This document shows positions 38,233-51,491 of a stretch of DNA of 64,000 nt, one piece after another. The DNA comes from Octopus sinensis. Lineage: Eukaryota. The translations under genes and the position numbers were made by a program. Under the pieces are notes generated by a model that saw only the letters and a program-made list of their open reading frames with translations, ran no database searches and was not told the DNA's origin. The stretch spans positions 30,001-94,000 of the forward strand of contig NW_021833007.1 of NCBI RefSeq assembly GCF_006345805.1, given 5' to 3'. Numbering within the stretch: position 1 is the stretch's first letter; the number at the start of each line of letters is the position of its first letter.

Positions 38233-38882
38233 CTAGTTTTTTTCTTTTTTATGCTAGACCACTGGTGTTAAAATTGATGTTATCAAATTAATATCCAATT
38301 TTTCACCCTCATTTTGATTTTAATTTTAAATTAATATGTTCTCAAACCGGCGAAAACTACTGCAGTGAACTATTATGCAGTATTTATTTCCAGTAATTTA
38401 GCGTGCCTAAATGAAGACTATTGAAAAAAAACCGCAAATGTTATAGGTAGAACTATATGCATTTTCAACCTCGTGTTGATATATGGCATGAAGTTCTGCA
38501 AATTATATTCTGCATAGACGATCATACTGACGATCTACAGATAAATTGTGTAAGTAAAATTACATAATTTATTGATAGTGAAACAATTGTTTATGATTAA
38601 TCTATATTTTTGTTACTTTTCATTTGTCTTGCTCACTTACGTTTCTGGTGTGCTGAATTTTGCTAGAGAACAATTCTTAGTGGTTAAGACCATAGCAGAT
38701 CTTCTTCTAGCATAAGGGTTTCCACATAGTGGTTAAAAATATTCCCTCTTATATTTATGTATGAAATACTATTTCCTGAATCTCAGTTTTTTTTTATATG
38801 CTAGACCACTGGTGTTAAAATTGATGTTATCAAATTAATATCCAATTTTTCACTCTCATTTTGATTTTGATTTATATATATA

Positions 38883-39520
38883 CTAGCAGTATCGCCCGGC
38901 GTTGCTCGGGTTTGTAAGGGAAATAACTATATAAGCATTTTTAGAGAGTTATAGCCAAAAAATAGCAAAAAATGCATTAAAAATGGAAAAAATATGATGG
39001 TAAATTTTTTTTTAAATCGTTGACTCATCGTAGACATTTTTAGAGAGTTACTTCCCTTATATAATAGCGAAAAAATGCATTAAAAATGGAAAAAAACGAT
39101 GGTAAATTCTTTTTTAAATCGTAGACTCATGTAGACGCTTTCTTAGCCATTTCTGTTTTGGTGTCTTCAAGCCATGAAGTCGTTGTTCTAAAAGAACGCT
39201 GGTCTCCTTGACAACGCATTACGACGTTGATTTCCTTACACTCCCTTCCCCACAGGTGCAGGTGTGAGCGTGGACGCCAACTCCGCCGCCATCGACACAC
39301 GAAAAATTATGCATTAAAAATGGAATAAAAAATGATGTTAAATTACTTTTAAAATCGTAGACTCATCGTTGACGCGTGCTAATAGTCAGACGGGCTCGAT
39401 ATGAATCACGACTATAAGCTACCCGAATTTGGTTAAACTGCACCGCAAAATGTGGGAGTAGTTAGGAATCTAAATCGAAGGGGACAGACACTCACACAAC
39501 TACAGTTTTATATATATAGA
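38883..39520 (-). mobile_element. Complete non-autonomous Helitron
   Basis: 5' TCTATATATATAAAA, 3' hairpin cccgagcaacgccggg + CTAG, inserted between A and T with no TSD. Confidence 0.92.
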
Positions 39521-39539
39521 TATACATAGCGCAGTAGTG

Positions 39540-40132
39540 GTGAGATGTGACAGCAAAGAAAAGCATACATTCACTCTCTGCATGCAATTAGACTCGGAAA
39601 GTTCGTGAGGAACCCATTGACCCAATTTGCTGACTTTTCCGATAGCACACAGATCTCAATGAATGGTTGAATGACCTAATCCAAGCTTCTCTGCTAGTTC
39701 CTCAACAGTTACGATGAGATTTTGTTCCACCAGGGTTTTCAGGATGTCCTTGTCGAGTTCTACAGATCTTTCAGGATGAGGCTCGTCTTCTAGGCTGTAG
39801 TTTATGGCTCGGAATTTCTGGAACCACCATTGACACTGCCTTACGCTTATTGTCCAATCCCCATATACTGCATTAATATTTCTTGTACTTTCCGTTGCGT
39901 TGTTGTCTTTATTGAACTCATAAAGCAAAATATGCCAAATATGCTCCTTTGTTACTTCCAATATAGCTTTGAAAAAAATAGCTGTTAAAATCGAAATGCA
40001 CTCTTCAAAACTTGCACTATGAATAAGGACAAGATAAAATTACTACCTGCTTTTATAGCAAGTTAATATAAGTAGTTTATCCCATTCCCCTCTGACATTT
40101 AGTTCAAGCTGTTGAAAAAACCGCATTATTAT
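39540..40132 (-). mobile_element. mariner transposon 5' fragment
   Basis: HILLYEF...INAVYG...CQWWFQKFR...SLEDEPH HTH, followed by KLGQWVPHEL. Confidence 0.88.
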
Positions 40133-40254
40133 ATATATATACATACATACATACATACATATACACACACACTCTCTCTCTCACACACATGCACACATTT
40201 ATATTCTGTTATTGTTTTATACGTTTCAGCCTTGAGGTTGTGGCCATGCTGGAT

Positions 40255-40294
<40 letters not shown>

Positions 40295-40413
40295 TATCTG
40301 TCTGTCTCTCTGTATGTATATATGTATATGTATGTGTGTGAACAATAATATTTTCAACAGATGTGTTGCAGATGTATCTGATTGTTCTCAAGCTTCAATA
40401 CTGTGTGTGTGTA

Positions 40414-40444
<31 letters not shown>

Positions 40445-40759
40445 ATGTATGTATGTATGTATATGTATGTATGTATGTATGTGTGTATGTATGTATGTGT
40501 GTGTGTATGTATGTATGTGTGTGTGTATATGTGTGTATGTATGTATGTATGTATGTATGTATGTATGTATGTATGTATGAGTGTATGTTTACTTTATTAC
40601 TCTCTGGCTATTTACTCTCTTCCAAGAACATTTTCACTCACTCTTATGTGTTAGCTTCCCATACATTTTACTCATGTATCTATCAGCGTCATAGTCGTCA
40701 TTGCATTCTATTGTCTACCTGTCAACACACTGAATTAGTTTCACTTTATTCGTAGCACA

Positions 40760-41005
40760 CTGTGTGTGTGCGTTTGCGTGAGGTGTAAACCAGACTAAGA
40801 AAAGCATTTGACACACACACCAGAATGTGAGTTTTCTGTAAATTTTGCTTAATTGGAGTTTAAATTTTAAAAACTGGACCTGGCATGACGCGATGCATTG
40901 TACTCTTAAAAATACTAGGTAAATTGTAATTGAAGAAATCCTATATTGTAGATTTGTATAACTCCCAAAGGGAGGCAGATAAAATCTGCCTTTTATAATA
41001 AGAGA
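40760..41005 (-). mobile_element. Helitron-type 5' terminal fragment
   Basis: Minus strand TCTCTTATTATAAAAGGCAG next to a (TA)n tract. Confidence 0.5.
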
Positions 41006-41009
41006 TATG

Positions 41010-41111
<102 letters not shown>

Positions 41112-41197
41112 CTTTAGTTAAATATATTCAATTAGAATATTATATACTGAATTTATATTGAGTGCTCAATTGTATCAAAGTATTAGTAATATTAAAG

Positions 41198-41899
41198 GAC
41201 GACACGACAGACAACTCTTCGGAAAGTAATTTATTGGAAGATGCTGACAAAGATTCAGAAAATCTTGCTTCAAATGAAGATGGTGACGATCAAAGTGAAT
41301 CTGCATCAGCTCAAGTTAATGAGAGTCCGGTGAGCAGTGACCAGAATTCTTCTGAGACTGTGACAGAAGAAGAAAAAGAAGAAAAGAAAGAGAAACAAGT
41401 AAAAATAAAGCTGATGTATTTGAACAATACTCAGTGCATTGTTGATGCATATTTATCTGATACAATTGGAGGATTTCGACAGTCACATTTTAGAAAAGAG
41501 CTTTCAGATAACAAAATGGTATGCTTCATCTTCAATGGGAAAGCTCTTGGTAATGATACTTCCACATTGAGTTCATGTAACGTGAAGGGAAATTCCATTA
41601 TCCATTGTTTGATTACACCTTCCCTTGCTCGTCGAAATGAGGAATCGACATCAAATCAAGCCGGTGCTGCATTTGTGCCTCCCCCAATAAATGAGGGTAG
41701 ACAAGAGACATTTATAGAGAGGGTTGTTTATCCATTCCTTATTATTCTCTTTGCTATTATTTGATATCGACAATTTGCATTTGAAGACTCATTCATTTAT
41801 AGTAGCATCATGCCTCTTCTTGGTGTTGTTCTCTTCCTGCTTGCCATGTCTTTGGCATTTTTTCTTGCCATTCGCTTCTGGGCAATTCAACAGATATAA
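41198..41899 (+). pseudogene. TMUB1: TMUB1/2-like (ubiquitin-like domain + C-terminal TMs) ORF with one in-frame TGA at 41762-41764
   Basis: VKIKLMYLNNTQ...DTIGGFRQSHF...VCFIFNGKALGNDTSTLSSCNVKGNSIIHCLI (Ubl); YPFLIILFAII*YRQFAFEDSF resembles TMUB1 LLLLWYCQIQYRPFF; frame stays open for 44 more codons; no N-terminal exon found. Confidence 0.85.
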
Positions 41900-42888
41900 A
41901 GAATTAAAAAAAAGATATACACACATTTAAGTGTGTGTGTATCACACACACATACATATATGTAAATGTACTTGCATACACATATAAATGTAATGTTTTA
42001 GAATTTAAACGTATTTGTATGTGTATATACCAGTTATATACTAAAAATGTACATAGAGATGAAGAAAAGGAAACAATAGAATATATATGTTTGTGTGTTA
42101 GTATGTTTATGTGTGTCTGCATATTCATATGAGTTTATATATGTATGTGTGTCTACGTTTACATGCATATGTATTTATATGCGTGTATGTGTATGTATTT
42201 CTACATACGTAGGTATATGTATTTCTGCATATGTATCCCTGTTATGTTATTGGAGACATACTTCTTTTGAGCACTAAGTACTCCTCGTCACTCACATATA
42301 TACAAACAGCTATTAGAGACTTAGAGATATTTAGAAGAATGTCTGCTCTTCTTTCACCTTGTTAAATTGTGTCACTAATTAGATCTGTTGAAATGTAATT
42401 AGTCATCACATTGTTGACTTTGTACTGATTTTCTTGTGTTCTTTCAGAATCAGAAACATTTGTATGTGTGTGAGTGTATATGTATGAACTAGTCACATCC
42501 ATGGATATATATATATATATGAACCTGTCACATCCATGTATAAGCACCATCCGATCATGGCTGTTGCCAGCCTCGCCTGGCCTCCGTGCTGGTGGCACGT
42601 AAAAAGCACCCACTCATGGTGTGGTTGGCGTTAGGAAGGGCATCCAGCTGTAGAAACATTGCCAGATCAGACTGGGCCTGGTGCAGCCTTCTGGCTTCCC
42701 AGACTCCAGTTGAACAGTCCAACCTTAAATGATGATGATGATATTATTATTAATATTAGGAAATCAATATCAAATCTCCTCAGAATGATATACACACGTG
42801 AAAAATAATTGTTGTATTAAAAATATATAAATAAATAAATATAAATGTCAAGTGAACTTTAAAATTTGTCATTACCATTATTGTCAGT

Positions 42889-43050
42889 ATGGGCAGAACT
42901 TATGAATCGTTTATAGTGAAGGAGAAATTAAATATGTTGAGTATGCATTTGAACATGACATAAGAGCTGCCGGAAGGCATTTTAATGTTAATGAAGCCAA
43001 TGTTCGAAATTAGCATAAACTGTACAACAAACTTAAAACTGCCTAATAAT
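42889..43050 (+). mobile_element. pogo-type transposase fragment (Brinker-like DBD)
   Basis: MGRTYESFIVKEKL...HDIRAAGRHFNVNEANVRN across a frameshift. Confidence 0.6.
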
Positions 43051-43518
43051 AAACAGATAAAAATAAAAACATACAATCAAGCTTATTCATGTCATTACAT
43101 TTTTTCAGTCAGGAATATCCATATCACTATGTATGTCAATGGTGCTCCATTGCAATAGGTAGAAACTCCAGGCAATGTAAAATATGGCCTGGACATGTTT
43201 ATCAGCATGGACGTCAGACTTCAAAAAGTAGTTAACCATTTAATGGTTTTAGTAAATTTATACAGAAAAAGTAAGCATTATACTGTCTAGCATAAATAAA
43301 AGTCAACATCATTATACGTATTTAAGCCATAAATTTTTCTGTAAAAACCTATCCTGATATTAAATGAGTCAACTTCCAACATGAATGCTTGTGTTTTGTA
43401 CATCTTTTTTCAACAAAAAAATTTCGAAAGAAATTCTGGAGACACTAAAGTTTATTTTTATTTTTACGAAAAAGTGCATAAATTACATGGGTTTTTATAG
43501 TATATAAATCTAGAGACA

Positions 43519-43576
<58 letters not shown>

Positions 43577-43786
43577 TGTCTCTAGATTTATATATATATA
43601 TATGTGGAGGCAATTTGGATATGTATATATGTAGAGATGCAAAAAATGGAAGGTTTGAGATATTAAATAAGTAGGAATAAGAAAGTTGAGGCTGATAGTC
43701 CAGAAAATCCATGCTTATATAAAAATAAAAGCATATATTCCAAAATGAGTAGAAGAGCCATCAAAAACAATGTATAGGCTATAGAG

Positions 43787-44050
43787 CAGTGGTTCTCAAC
43801 TGGAGCCCATATGGCCCTTGGGGTGGTGGGGTCATATAAGATTTTGTTGTTAAAATTTATACGCAATAAATTGGTTATATTTCTACAATACACCAAAATA
43901 TTTAAACATTTTTTAATACAATTCTAAATAATATCTAATCATAAAAATATAAGTGGAGTTTTTAGACATTGAATCATTATTAGTGTCCCACCTGCTGAGT
44001 AAAATAGGAACCAAAGGGGTCTATCGGAAAAGAACGGTTGAGAACCACTG
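43787..44050. mobile_element. hAT MITE
   Basis: cagtggttctcaac / gttgagaaccactg TIRs with perfect 8-bp TSD ctatagag. Confidence 0.93.
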
Positions 44051-45474
44051 CTATAGAGGCTGCTGAGAAAGCATCTAGTTGGCTCTAGTTGGAAAGTAAT
44101 TGGTAGGGTTAACAGAATGCTGCTTTGACACAGGCTTAGGCTTAATCAACTTATGCTGGGTCATTTGGATGAGGGTGTATGTTGTAAGACCAAGATACCG
44201 ACTGACTCCTTGATATAAAAATGACAATGTGTCCAAGTACTGGATCTATAGATGTATGTTGAACTAAAACTAAAAATAAAAAGCTTCATTTACCTTCACT
44301 CTCTTCAGAGAACATTTTCTGATGGTTTGAAACATTAAGTTTTATAAATCACATTAATATGACCATCAAATAATTTAGGTCTTCTAATAGTAAACAAATT
44401 CAATTTATTTTTCAGCTTCTGAATCTTGATTGGTTGGTACATGCAATATGCTGTCAGAATTAGCATCTTCAGACTTCATCTCATTCATGAATTTGTAAAT
44501 CAGCCGATATAGTCATCTCTTGATATGAAAAGACTGCCATTAACAAATCATTTGAATATTTCCAATACAGTCTTTGTAAGAAAATATTTGCTGATGATGG
44601 TGATGATGATAAAGTATATATATCTTTTGCAGTAAATGCATTGCTTCACCATTGATACTTGGTAGTGAAAATTGATGAAAAAAGAAATTGTTTGAAGTTT
44701 AGTAAATTTTGTTCTGAACTGTGTCAATTGGGAAATTTTGTTACATGAAATTGTCAGCTTTTGATCCTTGAAAACTTCTAAAAGCTTTCGAGGACAGGAA
44801 TATTTAATATTTTAGATAGAAATACTGGCAATGTATTACCATATGCAAAGTACTACAACTTCAGAGCTGGTATTCCATATACCAATATTAAATGCATTAA
44901 ATTTTTGATTCCCAAGAAAGAAGAATAAGAAAAAAGGGGAAAAAATCCTTATTATCACAACCCTATAAACCAGCATATTTATTGTCTTATAGTTCATGTT
45001 GCTTCTGATGTTTTTGAAGTTGATCAATTTTAGATAGTTTCCACTGGTGGATTAAGCAATGTTTATGAGATCTTAAAAATCTTTGAAAGTTGATGATAAT
45101 CATCTTTAAGCTTCTGAAACTTAGCATCATTTTCAAATTTTAAATTGTTATTCATTATATAAAAACTATGTATACTATCTTTTGACCAGTACACTAATTG
45201 GGCCTGAAATGGGCCAATTGCACAGGGGGAAAATAAGTAAAAACATTAGCAATGGTTTTATCTTTATTTACAAACCTTATCTTTTCTAGACAGTGTGAGA
45301 ACTGAAATTAATCGGCATAGAATTTCTTGGTCATTTGAGCAAAATTCTTGAGATTATTTTCTTAAAATCTGACCCATTTCTTTTGGTAATGGAATATATA
45401 TTTATTTATAAGCAATAAGTTTAGCAAGCTGTTTTGTTATTGCTAATGTGATACCATAGTTGATATGGTTAAAA

Positions 45475-45678
45475 CCCATTAGCGCCTATGGTCCTTTTTT
45501 AAGAATCCATCATATTTCTGAAACACCTGTATTTTTCTGAGATATCTTTAGTTAGTCATTAAGACAGGAGTGTCTTTTAAATATTGTAATAAATTTTTTT
45601 TTATATATTAGTATCAAATAAAGTCGCATAAAAAAAGAGTTTTGGTAATAAATAAATTAAAAAATGGGCACTAATGGG
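45475..45678. mobile_element. piggyBac-type MITE
   Basis: cccattagcgcc / ggcactaatggg inverted termini near TTAA sites. Confidence 0.65.
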
Positions 45679-46004
45679 TTATTAACCCAAATCAATTCAC
45701 ATCCCAGCTATTAGAAAGTCAAACAAGTACAAGCAAACTGTTTCAGGACAGCAAATTATTAAGTCATTGAAAAGTTGCTGCAAATATAGAGAAATGTCTT
45801 GAGCTTGATATAATGTGCATAAGTATTGTTGCAACTGAATATCTAAAGCAATTTTGTGCTTCAAAATTCATTGAATCTATTCCAACTAAAATGTCATCTC
45901 AATTGGGATCATTTTTACCTTCCAGAAGTGACAGTTGTTTTAATATCTCCAGAACTTGTTCAACTCTGTCAGAATTAAAAATTTGTGACACATTCATTAA
46001 ACTG

Positions 46005-47200
46005 GTTGATAAGGGCAAAGTAGTAATGGTTTGGTAGATGGATCTCAACATGAAAGAAACCTTCTATCATCTAAGTGAATTGCAGTTTTACCAGAAACTG
46101 CTTAGAAACAGCATACTTTTAAATCTAAAACGTTTCTCCATCATTATACAAAACTAATTTCTTTCTCTTTACTTTCTTCTATGGTAATCAACTTTACCAC
46201 CAACTCCCCATACTTCCATTATCTACTTTCTCCTCCCAAATTCACAAACCCAATGCTCATAGCTGCCTTATTTTCTCCACATGATGCTCTGCCAAACTAA
46301 TCTTTAACTATCTCAACCAAATTATGCTCCTTCTGGTTGCTGCTTTGACAGCAACCATACCACCCACCTCTAGACCTTCTAAATCCTTCATTTCTATAGA
46401 GCTCAAATCCTTGTCTACCTACATCCACAATGACAATGACCTACCAGTCCTGAAATACTTCTTTGACCTTAACACCACACATTTGAACCCACAACCTGTA
46501 CACTCCTCTTCCAAACTGAATTCATTCTCACTCTTCATTGCTTTTCCTATTCTGGTGTGTTCTACAACACCTGAGTGGCTTAGCTATTGGCACCAAGATG
46601 ATCCCATTCACATCAACTTGTCTGTTGGCCCTGTTAAGCCTAACTTTTTGCCCAGTTTTCTAGGTTTGCCCTCTAGCTATGGGTCATTACATTGGTGACT
46701 GTATCGAGGCAACCTCTCTCACCAGTTCTCTATCCCCACAGCAAAGATATGACTTATTTTCAAGTCATGCATCAATTTTTTCTCTCACTTAGGTACTTTC
46801 AACCTGTTGTGAATACTGCTCTCTCTTGAGTTCAATCCATCAACTCTCCTGTTGCACTTATGCCAAACAACCACTCTCCCAGAGTCTGGATTCCCCTCCT
46901 CACCCTCTCAAGTGACTCAGTCACTTCAGAGCACTCTGTTTCACAGTTCCACCTTCTGCTTTCCAATTGATCCCATTTTTTCCATGCCTCCAGTCATGTC
47001 CTTCAACAAGGATAAGATTCTATGTAACCTTCTGGTCAGGAGCTTGCTTGCCCCTAGACACATCCCATGTGGGCACATCTATATGGTCTAACCATGATGT
47101 TTACATCTCCCTTTAATTCTGTTAGGTTCAAGCCTTCAGTCAATGTGATCAATCACTCTCACTACATTTCCTCTAACCTTATATGCTGTAGAGTCTTCAA
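46005..47200 (+). mobile_element. Highly degenerate Penelope-like RT remnant
   Basis: DKGKVVMVW.MDL..KET.YHLS resembles the PLE ADKGG.VVVW motif; the rest is heavily decayed. Confidence 0.45.
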
Positions 47201-47807
47201 GATTTGTGGAGATTAACTTTTGATACCAACACATCTGAAACTGCCCCCTATTCTAAGATACAAACTCTTTGTTTTAAAGTGATCTAAATTAAAACCTATC
47301 AATGAAACTCTGTGGTAATGTATGTCCAAATGTCATCTGCATAATAACAAAATTATATTAATAAACTCTGTATTTTTTCAAAATTAACTGAAACAAAGAC
47401 TGCATTTCTTCAAAAATTTGATAACAAAAGAGTTAATACATATGTAAAGTAGGTTTTGTGAGCATTTGCTGGAAGTCCATAAAAACATCCAAGAAGTCCT
47501 CAAAAAATTGTAGTCTAGCACTAACTTGCTCAGCCACTCTGCTGATCACCTCTCAGATTGTGCTGTTCTCCAACACTTTCGGTAGAATGGGACTTGTAAA
47601 TATAGTGTCTCCAAGTCTCATTATACCCCAAAACATCTTCTTCAGCATAGGTACTTTGGCACCTTAGGGTCTAAATTTACATCTTAGGTTCCTTGAATTC
47701 TGCCTTCCATTTTCAAACCCCTTCATCTTCAAAATACAAAAAAAAAAAATGCTTTTCTTGTGTGATGTGTATTTATTTGTGCTGTGTTGCTTATGTGTGT
47801 CTATATG

Positions 47808-47865
<58 letters not shown>

Positions 47866-48651
47866 TGTGTATGTGTGTCCATGTACTGTATGGTTAGCTA
47901 TTTTGAACGCAGTTGTATGCATGTACTTCGCATAGTGTGCAGCATGTAGTTGGCTTGTGCCTATAATCCATTTTATTATATTGACCCTCTAATCCCCCCT
48001 GCCACCCACATCCTGTCACAGACTACTATATATTTCTTTCCATCCCTACTGACCTCCACTCTAGACACTATTAATTTTCTTTACAATTCTACTCACCCCT
48101 TACTGTCATAAATTATTTTACAGTTCTTGGCCACACCTTATTAAACTTAATTCTTTGCAAATTCCCACTTCCATTCCTTTTCTCCCTCCTTAGCATTGTC
48201 CACCTCTTCTCTTTGTTATGAGCTCTTAATATCTATCACCTCACTTGATCTGGTCCTCACCTCCTCCCACTTTTTTTAAATTTAATTTCATCCCCCATGA
48301 TTCACCTTGCTCATAACTCATAGCACATATCTCCAGCTTTTCACCCTCTCTTCCTACATTGCTGCTCTTTTCTGACATCATACTATTATTTATTCCATTT
48401 TTCATTCACAAATTTGTTACCAAAGTCATGAACTTTTATCTATTTCCTCTGTAGAAAGAAGGGCAAGTGTTTGAATTTAAGCTCTTTGGATCTAGTTAAA
48501 CTGATTCACAAAATCATCCCCCTTTAATTTTGCTCAGATTGCTTTCAAGTTTGGTGTATTGATTTTACTCTGAATTTTGATTACAATTACTTTAAGTTAA
48601 AGAATCTGATGTTTATTTGGAATTAAAGTTGGGAAATTTGGGTTATTTTAG

Positions 48652-48697
48652 CCAATCAACAGACAGAGAGGCATTAACAGCTTGTTACCATGACAAC
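48652..48697. promoter_or_regulatory. CCAAT box + RFX X-box, candidate promoter
   Basis: agCCAATca at 48652-48656 and GTTACCATGACAAC at 48684-48697 in apparently non-repetitive sequence. Confidence 0.5.
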
Positions 48698-50253
48698 CGC
48701 ACACTGTGTTGTGTTTTACTTCACCCATACACTGTGTTATGTTGATTCTTCACACCACAAGATTTACTCCACCCGTGTGTTTTGTTTTAATAAAAATTTA
48801 TATTTATCAATTAGAATTTTATTATAGATATTTTTCTTAATATTTTATATATTTTTCATGTATAGCAAAAGTTGCTTGCACGGTTTATACAGTTTCTTGG
48901 CATTATGAAGGTGAATGGAATATGTGAACTTAGTACACAACTGCACACCTACACTTCAAGCACAGTACTGACAAGGCATCGGTGGCTCATCAACTCAGTA
49001 TTGCCAAGCTTCAAGGACTCATTAACTCAGATAGCTGGATTTATTATTTCACTAGGTTAATTCAGTTCACAAGCATTTAAATTAGGAGTATTTCTTAAAC
49101 CGTTAGCTTCACAATTCAACAGCTTAACTGAAAATTAGCCCACATAACAGGAACTGAGAGGGATATCATGGAACAGAAACTGTGGACGATACAGATAATT
49201 TGACATTATTTTTTAATTCTGCATGCTAAAACAGGCATTCTTTTTCTTGGGATAAATTCTTTGTTGACCAGTGTTATTCTTACTCTAGTTTACAAATCCA
49301 AGTATGAAAACGTTACTCAACTTTGGAGTTTTGGAGACAGATATCCCCTTTTCACACACACACACACATGAATGCATAAATGTGCATATAAACTTATAGA
49401 TGAATACATACATCCACGTGCACTTATATACTAATGATGTACACAAATACATGATACTGAAATATGCATAAAGTAAACACATGTAATCAAATATATTAAT
49501 ATAACAAATTTTAAAAAATAATAAAAACATACAAAATACTATAGAAATCAATGAAGAGACAAAAGAAACAGTAAGATGATACATGTTGATTTTATTAGGT
49601 ATTTCTGTTTATTTAGAAACCTACAATGAACAGATGCTAAACTATAAATTTCACATTGTACAACCTTAAAGTTGACACCACTAAACGCAGAAAATTTTTG
49701 TCTCCCTATTGGCTAAAAATACAGATTTTTCGATTTTTAAATCTCTGTAACTTTTTTCTCCAATTTTTTCTCTACAACATCTTGCCTTCATAGGAATAAG
49801 AGTGGAAAACTACATTGATATAGCCGATTTTTAGATTTTTTACTTCCTTTAAAATAATTCAGATCTTGTGAATCAGTTTAACTAGATCCAACTCGTTTAC
49901 TCCACAGAAAATCTACTCATTGAGCTCTTCTATGAAATCGCCTAGGAATTAATCTTTACCTATGCAGACAAATATCAATTTCCCTGGATTCTGTATTGTA
50001 CCATATAAAAACGATTTTGAACTTTGCCATATTTTTCATAGTATTTAGTTCACCCTGGTTTTGACATTTTTCTTGTTGGAATTTTAAAAATGCCTATACT
50101 TTTAGTGTATTTTTAATTCATAGTATGTGTATATGTGATTAAAATATATTTCAAACCCATCAGTGGAACAGTCTAATATATATTACAAACTGGGAAATCA
50201 TCTAAATCTTTGTAGGTTGCTAAATTTTTTTATCATAGTAAAGAATAAAAAGA

Positions 50254-50290
50254 ATATCTGAAGAAGGAATATTATTCCGAAATATCATAT
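50254..50290 (+). ncRNA. Minimal type-I hammerhead-ribozyme-like motif
   Basis: atat-CTGAAGA-A-GGAAT-att-ATTCC-GAAA-ta-TC-atat: CUGANGA, GAAA and UH core present. Confidence 0.5.
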
Positions 50291-51392
50291 CATACTATGG
50301 ATGACTAAATTACAACAGGTATATAGCCCATTGTCTGTATTATAGTGTATTGTTGTACCATTCAAAACTTTTTATTCTTTACAAACAATACACAATGCTT
50401 CAAGCAAACTACAGTACTCTCCTATTTTATCATAGTAATAATCATTATTATTGTTTGGTGAGCACTATGTATCTATAGGGGAATTAGCCTATCATTCCTT
50501 TTATTCCCAGTTCCTGAAAGTACTTCATTCACTAATGCTTATTCATTAGGGAGAGAATTTCAAATTATACTTAAATCATCATTATAATTCTATGTATTAT
50601 CAATGAATATTGAAAGATACTTAAATTCACACTGAAAGCTCTTATTAAAATGAAAATATAAAGCTAATCTGTCAGTGTTGCCACCTAACATTGATGCCAG
50701 TTAACTACAGCTGAAATAGTTGGTAAATTATTATAGCTAGTCTTCAAAATTCTGACAAATAGTTATAAGGATTAACTCTCCTTCCTCTTCTTGCTTTTGT
50801 GTTTGCTGATATACTTGTTTACTACAGAATGTAATCCATCCATTGTTCCTTTAAATGAAGGGGTAATTACAGGAATAATGGTATACACAAGGGACACAAG
50901 TTTCCTGTAATTAAGTCCTAAAATATAAATAAACTTTCAAAAGTCTAGTTTCCTAGTTGTGATCTGCGCATTAATATAATGGCATGACTTTTATGGTGTT
51001 GAGGTTGTCAGTTTTCCTGATATGTTAAAGTCTCCTCTCACAAATCTCTTCTAAGTCTTTGGATGTGTAATTTTTTTCTTTGATATTGTTTGTATATTTT
51101 TGTTGCCTTTCTGTTTACTTCTTTTGAAGCAGATGCTAACTTGAGAAACTGTACATGTGAACACTTTTCTCTTTTAATAGCCTAATCTTAAAGCAGTCTT
51201 TATAAGACGGTATCAATTCAGCCTGAGGATGATATCAGAGAGAAGTTGATGTGTGTATCTAACAGCATTGCATCTAGCAGTCTTTGGATAAAATAATCGA
51301 CAAGGTTTTCTTTCCTTTGTTTTTCTCAGTGTTAAGTGTAATACACTAGTCCTGTCTGAATTACTTCTAATAAACAGCCGAAAAAATAATTC

Positions 51393-51491
51393 ATGATGTC
51401 TGCAGAAGAGAAGCCATCAGAAGTGTTGGCAGAGGTGAAGATAGCTCCTCTGCCAGCATCCTCCATGGCAAAGCATCATCATCTGACGACG
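51393..51491 (+). CDS. Candidate alternative first coding exon (exon 51330-51491)
   Basis: Strong pyrimidine tract tttgtttttctcag|, ATG at 51393, MMSAEEKPSEVLAEVKIAPLPASSMAKHHHLTT, phase-0 donor ACG|gtaaga compatible with the GDPD exon at 59651. Confidence 0.55.

Larger units (their letters stand above)
44405..47730 (-). pseudogene. Decayed protein-coding sequence of unknown family, interrupted by TEs
   Basis: Protein-like segments with sporadic stops and frameshifts: LGDTIFTSPILPKVLENSTI*EVISRVAEQVSARLQFFEDFLDVF; SDRVEQVLEILKQLSLLEGKNDPN*DDILVGIDSMNF; SLYLQQLFNDLIICCPETVCLYLFDFLI; LVYGIPALKL*YFAYGNTLPVFL. Confidence 0.5.
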
